Shown here piece after piece: positions 51,820 to 64,000 of a DNA stretch of 64,000 bases. The position numbers and the translations under genes are program-made. The notes under the pieces were generated by a model, which was not told the origin of the DNA, made no database searches, and saw only the letters and a program-made list of their open reading frames with translations. The number at the start of each line of letters is the position of its first letter. Positions within the stretch are counted from its first letter, which is position 1. This DNA comes from Octopus vulgaris. Lineage: Eukaryota. The stretch lies in contig OX597814.1 of assembly GCA_951406725.2 (NCBI GenBank), forward strand, positions 37,572,001-37,636,000, written 5' to 3'.

Positions 51820-52546
51820 TGCTTCCCTCAATACCGTGTGGATGCGTCCTTCTGCGCTGCTGGAGTCACGTTTTTATATACCAACGCCGTGAATTATCGA
51901 AGCACAACTACTAGGTAAGACATTTGTTTTGGGGGGTTCATTCGGGATTCGTTGCTTGTGTTTATTTATTTTTGTTGAAGGAGGATTCTCCACTGAGCTC
52001 CACGCATTTGTCTGCCTGTGGTTGTGCTTTAGCGGCGAGAAGTGTGTATAGTGGGCGTATCTCTCCGAAACTTGTGTATTTTTTTGTGACTGTTTTGTGA
52101 CCTTGCCAGGAGGATTACCAAGTTGGCCAAGAGTACCAGGACAGCCAGAAAAAATTGCTGTGTTTTTTAACTGTTTCTCGTCTTCTTCCTTCCGTCGGTA
52201 TTTTTGTGTTTTTTGGACTTTGAAATTTTGTTTTTTGTCAACTTTTTTCCAAAAAAGAAACATGGCAAAGAAGATAAATAACACTGTGTTGGAGTGGGAA
52301 ATTGCCCCCGCCACCACCACCACCACCAAAGAGTGGATGAAAGACTTTGTGGAGAGGGCGGTGGTGCAGCGAATGTACTGCAATTCACTCGACGCCACCG
52401 CCTTCTTTCAAAAGAATGAAATTGAGCAAAAGTTGGCAGAATACTTGCCAACTATTAAATTCATCTCCAGGGGTGTCAAATATGCACCAACGTGGTTGCT
52501 GTTTGATACCCATGAGGAGGAGTGTTGCTGTTATGCTGATTTCTAG
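51820..52546 (+). mobile_element. Probable 5' UTR and ORF1 N-terminus (ATG 52262) of an L1/Tx1-like LINE, 3'-deleted
   Basis: GC-richer leader with T-rich stretches, then MAKKINNTVLEWEIAPATTTTTKEWMKDFVERAVVQRMY…IKFISRGVKY. The family assignment is from resemblance only. Confidence 0.45.
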
Positions 52547-53337
52547 ATTGTTTCTGAATTAGTTTATGACAGCAAAACGTAGATTGTGATGATCGACTTA
52601 TAATGATTGCAGCGAGAACGAAAGATTCTTAATGGATATCGCTGGCAATGATGCAACACAACAATAAAGCACTATATATTATATACCAACATGTAGAGAA
52701 TGTGCGTAAATATTCCATGTACATTCTGACGTGTGATATAGTGTGGCAACATAATCCGCTGCTGCTTCTTGAAAATATTCATTCGTGCATATCGAATTTT
52801 AATCATTAACGCGGAGATAACAACTACATATATAGGAATATTACAATGGTTTAAAATGTTAATTGCAATACTTCAGTTACCAAAGTACTTTTGGAAATTT
52901 TTTGAGTTGTAAGTTAACCGATCTCTATATGATTTCTCAAAAAATCCATTCCTGTATCATCATAACACAGATTTCGCAAAGATTTTGCCACTTCAAACAA
53001 ATTTCTATTTGTGGGAGAGAAAAATTTGGCAAAGAAAATGTAAAGTATCGTAATGGAAAGAGAAGAAAGAATGGTAGTTATATAATTACAACTTCTTCCC
53101 TCCTCTCCTCCCTCAAAATACACACACAAATAACCTCATAACTCAGTAAACCCACGCACTGGTCACAAATGATAGACAACCATCTGTTGAACAACCATAT
53201 ATCTCTCGAAGAAATGAATCCACGAATACGACAGACTAGGCTGCAATCATTACCACGAATGCGGACTGTGATATTAAGATGCATAGCGATGCATTAAAAG
53301 TTAATAAATTCCAAGTCAACGAATATTATTATTATTA

Positions 53338-53358
53338 CTCTCTTTCTCTCCCTCTCTA

Positions 53359-53414
<56 letters not shown>

Positions 53415-53480
53415 AACAAGGTAAAATACACTCATCTATATATATATATGTATATATATATATGTAATATATATATATAC

Positions 53481-53566
<86 letters not shown>

Positions 53567-53600
53567 ATATGTATATGTATATATATATGTATGTGCTTAT
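53338..53600 (+). repeat. (CT)n/(TA)n/(TG)n compound microsatellite
   Basis: Seen directly in the sequence. Confidence 0.9.
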
Positions 53601-54730
53601 ATACATTTAAGCACAGTCCCACATATGTATGCACGTATGTATGCATGCAAATATTTGTCTATTGTGAGTAAGCAAATGAATAAACATAACTTTGTTTTAT
53701 TTGTCACCATTATTTCAATAATCAGTCGTACCTTTACATCAATCAACATGATTGTTTACATACATAGAAATTATTAAATGCGTACGATATTAATTAAATG
53801 TTCTACTGAATATCACTTCATATCTATTGGAATGTTATTTAGTGCGGCGGAATTATGTCTATCGTTTTTTTTTATAATGAAAGAGGGTTTTATAAAAGAA
53901 GTAAAAATATTACACATTAGAAAATACAACTTACAGACTAGAAGCTAACCTCGATTTCAAATCTAAGCTGTATGAAATTGTAGAAACGTAGGAATATCAG
54001 CCATCTTAACTAGGAGCATAGAATTGCTTTTCATTTGCCTAAGTAAAACGACTTCAATCTGAAAGGTCATAAACCCAATTTTGAATGTAAATTAATTGTC
54101 TGATAAATTTAACTATCAAATTCAGATATTAGAAAAAATGAATAAAAGTATATCCAACAATGTTCCTTTGAACGTATGTTGGTCTTAATTTATTGACTTA
54201 CAGTTTAGCTGTCAAACATTTGTTCCGGAGTTTAAAATATAATAAGTGTATGTAATATAATTAAACGGACACTATTAAATTATACTACACTTTGACACAT
54301 GCTCGTCTCAGAAGAACTATTTTCATATTGAGAAGCATCAACTTATCTGGATAAAAAAGTATATATAATAACAGCAGCTAGGAAATAAAAAGACATTGCT
54401 GACGTGAACATGCTCATATTATATATCACTCAAAATGAGATTCCAGAAATAAGGTGTGCTCTTTACAAGTACGATGTTCTTCTTGTTATCTGTAGCTGAA
54501 GTAACATAGAAATCAAGAGGAATATAAATAAATCAAAAATATAGGTTCACGTATATGGACAGGAAATAATATTAAGGCAGCAAATTTTCTAGCATGGAAG
54601 ATAAAGTTTTTGCATTATGTTTTACATATATTCGGGTAAATATCGACCACTTGTTATAAACTATATATATATAACTGAATAAGATAAATCAAGAAGAAGG
54701 ACTACGTTTGGAAAGTTGTTTTTTTTAAAG

Positions 54731-54832
54731 CACTACAAATGTTTCTATACAACATAGTTCTTCATATATACATGTGTTTTATTATGCAACTGTTTGCCTG
54801 TATAATGGGATCCAGTTGTATTTCGTCAGGTG
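54731..54832 (-). ncRNA. Type I hammerhead ribozyme-like motif with a long stem II insertion
   Basis: Minus strand CAC-CUGACGA-A-AUACAAC…GUUGUAU-A-GAAAC-AUUU-GUA-GUG: core boxes, 7-bp stem II, and short stems I and III. A second, more degenerate copy lies on the plus strand at 56305-56403. Confidence 0.65.
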
Positions 54833-56403
54833 ATATTCAATTGATGTCTCCGTTAATCAAAACACCTTCAACTTCGATGGTAACACATCCATCTGTCTTG
54901 TTTCGATTTAATAAACGCTGGCAGTTTTTATAATTTTTATACAATTAGCCCATCTTGAAAATGCATATTTGGCGCGGTGGTGGTACAACGAAATTTTCTC
55001 ATGGTTGATTATCATGTTTTCATTACTCAGCAATATACTCAATGCTTCTTAATGCAAAAGTTACATTTGCCTCATAGCAAATTATATGGGTGTGCATTTT
55101 TTATTACATTTTATTATTAACCATTCATTTGGTATTTAATTTTCGATTATTTCAGTCTCTATATAAGGTTTGCCAGTGCAGTTGTATGTCGTTTGTTTAT
55201 TTTTCGGAATGATGACATATGGTTGAGAAAACGGACTTTCATGTAATTTTCCGTGGACCCTACGTATGCGTATTTGTGTTGGGGTGTGGTGACTGAGCAT
55301 TCGTACATCATGTATTTCTTTGGACACATTGATTCATGAGCGGACAAGCAGATTTTCTGTTGTAGATGTAGTTATTTATACTATTATTATCTTTGTGATG
55401 ATTTGGTAAGATTATGTTTCTGTTTTCGTGATGTTCCGTGTGATTTTTATTGTATGAAGCCGTCTGGATGCGGCAGTCTTTTTCATTGTATCATTTCTTA
55501 TGATTCGTCTTAATCGCATTGTCACCGTCCTCTACGTTATCTAAGCTTTCGTTGTTCTTTTGTTTATTTTTGTTATTGGCCCTAAATCTTCTAATGTTTT
55601 GATTTGTATGTTATTGCCAGCACACGTTGTTTGTATATTTAATTTCCTGTTGTTGTATTTATCTATGTAGTACTTCCTGTTTTAAGTTGTTGCGTACGAT
55701 ATTTTCCCTCTGTGGTTGGTGAATATACGGTACTATTTATGTGTTTTAGAGAAGCATCTATTCAATGCTGCAATGAATTGTTTACCTATCTTGGATGATA
55801 TTTGCAATGCGATAATTGAATTATGCCATAGGACTTCCGAATTTTTGTATCTTTCTGTTCTATATTTGTTTGGTTCGTTCTCCTTATTTTGCGTGTTGTT
55901 GTGATTTTGTGTATCTGTATTCCTATTATTGCTATTTTGGGGGTTATATCAGATTTCCTCCTCTCTTTCCGGTATTCCTCCTGTTTACTCATTTTCATTG
56001 TTATTCGCTTTTTTTAATGACATTTGAGTCTCGTTCTAATTCTACCTTCTTTGCATTTGTGTTATTGTTATTTGGGGTTTCGTTAGTTTCCAATTTGGTT
56101 TCTCCTTTATATCCGGGCTAGCTAGCGCTTCATTGTTGTATGGAACATAAATGAATATATTCTCTGTGGCTGATAATCTTGTTATTCTGGTTGCGATGTT
56201 CCTAATTATTTAAACTGCAAGCGTCTACTAATTTCAGACAAGGCAGATGGGTGTGTTAGCATCGAAGTCGAAGAATTTTAACTACTGAGACAGCAATTGA
56301 ATATCACCTGACGAAATACAACTGTCTCCCATTACACAGGTACACGGTTGCATCATCAAGCACCGGCATATATAAAGAACTGCGTGTATGGAAACATTTG
56401 TAA
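54731..56403 (-). mobile_element. Decayed Penelope-like element: post-RT linker and GIY-YIG endonuclease remnant between inverted ~200-bp termini
   Basis: Minus strand IGKQFIAALNRCFSKTHK*YRIF…KISY and CPKKYMMYECSVTT…YAYVGSTENYMKVRFLNHMSSF…TTALANLI. Inverted repeats at ~54731-54935 and ~56204-56403. Confidence 0.82.
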
Positions 56404-57349
56404 TAATCAAAAAATAACAGTCTAAATATACTTCTTTTGTTAACTCTGTTAGTCAAATTTGTTTTCACATGACAAATGCTCGGATCTAGACCTGGAATTA
56501 TATAGTAATACTACAGGCTTTTCGGTAACTCTAAGGGTGGACGAACTCTGTACTGTACTCCGCTACGTTCATAAGGGAATATAACTGAAATATTATTAGT
56601 ATGTGTGTGTGTGCGAAATACTTTAAGCGATAATTTTAGAGAGATGAATGTTAGGTACTTTTGTTATATATTACAGGGAATGTTTGAAAGTAGGGGACAA
56701 GAGGAAAGCATTTGTCCGTTTCAATCATAGTCAAGTGTACTTATAAATCCGAATAGAATAATATAAATATCTTTAAGTAAGGTTTGTGTTATATATATAT
56801 ATATATAATACAAAATGGAACAAGAGCGCAAAACATCCAGACAGTTAGGTAATACATAAAAAGGAAACATATATACACATGGAGATAAAGCGCGAGCGCG
56901 AGAGAAAGGGTGAGAGAGAGAGAGAGATAGAGCGATTATAAAATGCTTGTACTAAGGCATAGAATACTTCGACGCGAATTGCAGGATTATTTGTACACAA
57001 GAATATTTAATTGTGATATACAGGAATTTAAAATTGGCTAATGAATATGTTTGGAATTGTATATATTTAAAGGTTTATTGCTAACCTAACAGATGTTTAG
57101 GAACAAACAACAAATAAGAATCCATTTATCTTGGAATGGAATTACAGATCAACTGAATCAGATGTAAGTAGACACTCTCACCTTTTCAATATTAATGACA
57201 TTGTGTGGAGGTGTGATTTCGATATAATATAATTCTACGTAATATATAGTACCTACAGCAAGAATGAAAGCGTTATTACCTACTTCAAGAGATAAATGTC
57301 TACGTGTCTACATGCACTAAAATGTCCGAATAGATGCATAAATATATTT

Positions 57350-57578
57350 TTACATTGATATGTAGATACATACATGCATAATGCATACATATATATACAC
57401 GCACAAATCAATATACTTACACACAAACACACACACACGCACATATATATATGTATATATATATATATATATATATCTGCATTTATACATGTACATACAG
57501 GTGCGTTTATGTATATATATATATATATATATATATTCAGATACATATACATATACATATGCACACACATTTAAATAC

Positions 57579-57628
<50 letters not shown>

Positions 57629-57703
57629 TTCTTTTTTTTTACATACATACATACATATATACATACATACATACATGCATGTATACACACTCACATATAT
57701 ATA
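57350..57703 (+). repeat. (TA)n/(CATA)n/(CA)n compound microsatellite
   Basis: Seen directly in the sequence. Confidence 0.88.
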
Positions 57704-57799
57704 CGAGCTCTGCTCAATAAGCATCAGGACTCTTGCCATAATAACGAAGCTGAAGCACGAAGAGTAAAGCCGCTTGGTTAAGATGGATGTTGAACTCTG

Positions 57800-58345
57800 C
57801 TGTTTACAGCAGCTCATGGAAGGAAGGTGTGTATCATGTGATCGCCGCATTGACTATAACAGAGAAGGTTGTCAGTGCGATACCTGCTAAGAGGCCTACG
57901 CAAATTTTCACAAAGTATATGGAAAGAAAAGAGTGAGGCTCACATATGTGTATGAGTCGCACACGATGGCCAAAAAATCTCGATATTTGCAATGAGAACT
58001 GAGTAAAAGATCGTAGATGTGATTGCAGCTGTGAGCGGAATCGTCAAAATGTGTGAGATATCAAAGGATGTGCAGATTAATTAGGGTTCAGTTCCGTCCA
58101 TTATCACTGAAAATTTTTGTATGAGTCACGTGTCTGCTAAATTTGTGCTAAGACTGCTTTTAGAGGACGCCATCCCCCAGAAAAAACAGTCGGGTTTCAT
58201 TTGCACAATATCTCCTTCATTGTATCGAGATCGATAAAAGATTTTTGAAATCTTTTTCGTAGGCCTCTGAGCAGCTATCATCAAGCTTATGGCATAATTT
58301 GACGAAGTTTCACTGTTCAACTTTCTCTGTAATGGTGAATGCGAC
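57800..58345 (+). mobile_element. Mariner transposase N-terminal relic with a short inverted duplicate
   Basis: EAYANFHKVYG…EISKDVQIN*GSVPSIITENFCMSHVSAKFVLRLL (HTH and WVPHEL-type linker). About 58250-58345 is an inverted copy of ~57845-57910. Confidence 0.7.
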
Positions 58346-58355
58346 AACCACATGC

Positions 58356-58412
<57 letters not shown>

Positions 58413-58469
58413 GTATATATATATATATATGTATACATATATATATACATATATTTATATCTATATCTA

Positions 58470-58501
<32 letters not shown>

Positions 58502-58509
58502 AATCTATC

Positions 58510-58572
<63 letters not shown>

Positions 58573-58600
58573 TATATTCATATATGTATGCATATATATC
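58356..58600 (+). repeat. (TA)n/(TCTA)n compound microsatellite
   Basis: Seen directly in the sequence. Confidence 0.9.
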
Positions 58601-59770
58601 GAGTCTGATTTTAACGGCTTTTTTTACAGATTTAACGATTTTACAATAATATGATAGAATATTATATATTAATTGTCATATAACTACTAATTTCATGCGT
58701 TAAGTAATCATCAGATTTAAGCAGTAGAAGTGACAGTTTGTTTCACCTTTGACAACTGTAGTGAAATGATTAAATTTGTCCCTTAAATACCTTCTGACTG
58801 GCACCAGCAGCCTGAATGTTAAGAACTGCATTTTGACCAATCAGTATGTAGCTTAGATATCACGATTTCATTAACGCGTCAACTTGGTTAGCTTTTTTCC
58901 GCTTTTTCAACGAAATGTTTTAGCTCGTCTGTTTCCGGCATAGACGTCACTGTTTAGTGGGCACGTCAACAATTTCTACCAAAAGTAATAATTGTTTGGG
59001 TATATTTATGAATGTTATAAACAATAATATTGTTTTCATTGAATACTATTGCTACTATTTCTACAATTCTCCAGATTGCCTGAGTCGTTGGAACTGAATA
59101 TATTTGAGGCCGCTTTCACCACCCATTATTTAAGATTCACGGTACTTAAATATTATTTACTTATATAGATACGACGTAAGATATACCTACTGGTTTTCAT
59201 GGACCAGTCGGGGAAAATATTTTGTACAAAGAATCTCTAAATCTACATATTTTCGTGATATGTTAAGAGGAACCAATACCTATAGGCGCATATCTAACAA
59301 GTTTATTCAGAGATTAGCAGATTTTGCGTTGTATTGTATTTTGCTCCGCCTCATGTTGCATACAGAATGTTTACAGCTGCCTCAAATCTCTTCTACCCAG
59401 AATGAAATTAAATTGACGGAAATTGCCGAAGCCGACTAAATATACTGTCATGTTTTTATTTAACAAGCTTAATCTCTTGTCTGGCTTAACACCAAAATCT
59501 ACTGCAAACGTACAGAGAATGGCACTGAGCTGATGATAAGTAGATGTTTGTCTGTTTTACATGTACAAGTAGCAACATTATTGTTGATTTTGCTTCCTCC
59601 ACCTAACATATTTAAAGATGTAGCAAAATATTTTGAGCACTATCCCAGTTTAACACACAGTGGAAATTCATATTCTAGTAACTTGATAAATTATGGTTCT
59701 TGAAGTTATTAATTTTTTTAATGGTCTCAGTTACATGAATTTTATTTATTAAAAAAATATTGGCAATAAT

Positions 59771-60546
59771 CTTCGGCAATAAAGAATAATTTCAGTACAT
59801 TATGTACGAGCAACAAACTCGTGCTACACGGAAATCTTCAGTGAAGCATATACAAATCATGCAGGGAACCACATACAAATCATACAATCTGTGTTTGTCA
59901 GGACAGTCCCACTTTGTCATCAATACATTTGAGGGAGCTTATAAAAATGTTTAATACAACACTTCCATCTACGTTGCAAAATTTTTCAGGGAGCCCTGTA
60001 ATAACTATATAGAATTACAATTATACACGAAGTTTTGAAAATTTAAATCTAATCCCTTTCTCTTTTCCCGTTCCATGTATTTTCAGCAGGAACATTTTGT
60101 AACTGTTTTATTTGATTATATTTACTAATGAAGCGTACCGATGTAGATCAACTGTCTACTTCGGCAATAAAGAATAATTTCAGTACATTATGTACGAGCA
60201 ACAAACTCGTGCTACACGGACATCTTCAGTGAGGCATATACAAATCAGGCAGGGAACCACATACAAATCATACAATCTGTGTTTGTCAGGACAGTCCCAC
60301 TTTGTCATCAATACATTCGAGGGAGCTTATAAAAATGTTTAATACAACACTTCCATCTACGTTGCAAAATTTTTCAGGGAGCCCTGTAATAACTATATAG
60401 AATTACAATTATACACGAAGTTTTGAAAATTTAAATCTAATCCCTTTCTCTTTTCCCGTTTCATGTATTTTCAGCAGGAACATTTTGTAACTGTTTTATT
60501 TGATTATATTTACTAATGAAGCGTACCGATGTAGATCAACTGTCTA
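59771..60546 (+). repeat. Direct tandem duplication of a 388-bp unit (59771-60158, 60159-60546)
   Basis: Both copies run cttcggcaataaag…caactgtcta; about five substitutions seen. Confidence 0.95.
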
Positions 60547-61263
60547 TTATTAAAAAATTTGCAAAGTATTCTTTAATATAGCTATTAGTCGTTTTTGTAA
60601 GCAACGCAAGACCACACCGTCGTGGTAAAAGTGCTTGTTATAAAGAAATAACAATAGAAAATACTTTCAAAAATAAATACTCAAATTAGGTGAGATGCCA
60701 GGTGTTTCATTTAATGAGTTATGATCATGTATTGCTGGTAAAATTTTTGGCACTAAAATAAATGTACTATTAATTAAATTTGGCCACCAAATTTAACGCT
60801 AGTATTTGTTCAGGAGTTCTACTATTTTCTTACATACCTAAAATAATTCCTACTGTTTTTTTGACTTACACAGTAGCCTTATTGTAAAGAAATCTTACAA
60901 GTAACATCATCATCACTTCCAAAACATATAATATCTCTTTCTATGTCTCTCTCTCACTGACACATAGACACACACACATACGCGCGCACGCACCAACGCA
61001 CACATATACACACACATCTATCGAACGCCAGTTTTAATATCTGTGTGGTGAATTCTAAAGGAAATGTAAGTAAAATACTCTTCCAATAATCATCACTGTG
61101 ATAAATATACACAAACTGTATTTCACATATATTTCATAATTATTATTGTTCATACAGACACAAGCACACAGGACACACATATACATTTATATCTATATAT
61201 CACTCTCTTTATCTATCTATCTATCTATCTTATATAGATACATACATACATACATACATACAT

Positions 61264-61336
<73 letters not shown>

Positions 61337-61339
<3 letters not shown>

Positions 61340-61459
61340 TGGTGCCTTGACTTACGAGTTTAATTCGTTCCGTGATGGAGCTGGTAAATCAAATAACTCT
61401 TATGTCAAATCAATTATCCCCCATTGAAATGAATTGAAATGCCATTAATCCGATCCGTT

Positions 61460-61527
<68 letters not shown>

Positions 61528-62554
61528 TGTTTTGTTACGTTTTGAAAATAAAAAAATATATTCATAGAAACATGGAATATCTTATCAAAAAACAAAACAG
61601 TAGAATGTACTTCAATAAACTGGTTTTATTAAGTTTAACGTACATTTACATTGGAGATCAGTCGACTTGAGGATAGTGACGAAGGTGAAGGAGAAAAACC
61701 TGAACTCAATAACTGAAACTTATTCGCTGATTGTTCCCCTCTTCACCACGTTTTCCTCACATTCATCTGCATGAGTTTTCGATAAAAACATGTCCAATGA
61801 GGTCTGTTTCATTCACCCTTTCAGAATGTTTCGGAAATGAGTTAATCAAGTGTTCTTAGATAGTGCCGTCGCATGCCCAGTTGCAAAATTTTCGGGGTAT
61901 TTCTTTTGAATAAAGTCTGAAAGTATCTCCCAACATCCCCAACATTTCCTTTATCGCACTTGTAGAGATAACCTCCTCCACCTCTTTCGCGGCACCTATG
62001 TCTTGCAAAACCTCCGCGTGCTGCTGAGTCTCTAGCTTCTTTATATCCACCGTTATCAGCTCCTTGGTGTATTCCTCGATGTTCTCTTTGATGTCACCTT
62101 CATCATTATACAGGCTCATGGACTTCGCATTCGAGTCTTTTCAAATTGATGATAACACCCTGCCAGGCCACATCGATAATTCTAAGGCATATCACGATGT
62201 TATAGCGGTCCTCCCAGCAATCCCGAAGGGTTAGGTTTGTGCCCGCCATCAACTCAATATAGCGACAAACAGGTGCTTGGTGAAGAGGTTCTTGATATTA
62301 AAAATCACCAGCTGGTGCATGGGCTGCAGGATAGAGTGGTGTAAGGTGAAAGTTAGAGAATATTTATGAACTTCAACCCTTTGATAATGTCATCTTCGAG
62401 GTAAGATGGTTGAGCAGGTGCTTTGTCCAAGACGAGAAGGGATTGCATGGCTCGGTTATCTTCCTAGAGGTATTTGTTAACGTGAGGAACAAAGACCGAA
62501 TTAACCCCCTCCACAAAGAACTACCTGGTGACACACAGTTTACCCTCCATCTAA
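61337..62554 (-). mobile_element. Tigger/pogo DNA transposon relic (3' half plus one TIR)
   Basis: TA|CAGTGGTGCCTTGACTTACGA terminus. Minus strand SLLVLDKAPAQP…LQPMHQLVIFNIKNLFTK…DEGDIKENIEEYTKELIT. Interrupted by (TA)n at ~61463-61522. Confidence 0.85.

Positions 62555-64000
<1,446 letters not shown>

Noticed and set aside
51979-52042. Possible HDV-like ribozyme in the putative LINE leader (gagctccacgc)
   Set aside because: I could not form the P3/P1 pairings by eye.

Overview
AT-rich eukaryotic repeat DNA with no host gene I can support. The SINE families suggest a cephalopod such as Octopus (inference). The core (about 16-46 kb) is a (TAA)n island containing: a decayed CR1-type LINE; two copies of a ~550-bp non-coding unit; three near-identical head-to-tail R4/Dong-type non-LTR retrotransposons (RT + CCHC + restriction-like endonuclease), each followed by a nearly pure 2.3-3.3 kb (TAA)n tract; a second, older R4/Dong family; and inverted fragments. 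The three young copies share one 5' junction and together give an intact ~1071-aa consensus ORF. The best candidate for a novel system is a self-propagating retrotransposon-(TAA)n cassette that lengthens its own target. Tandem duplication or misassembly must be excluded first. The flanks hold tRNA-derived SINEs, L1/Tx1 relics, Penelope-like relics with hammerhead ribozyme cores, mariner and Tigger relics, and microsatellites. Most ORFs in the supplied track are microsatellite or antisense artefacts.
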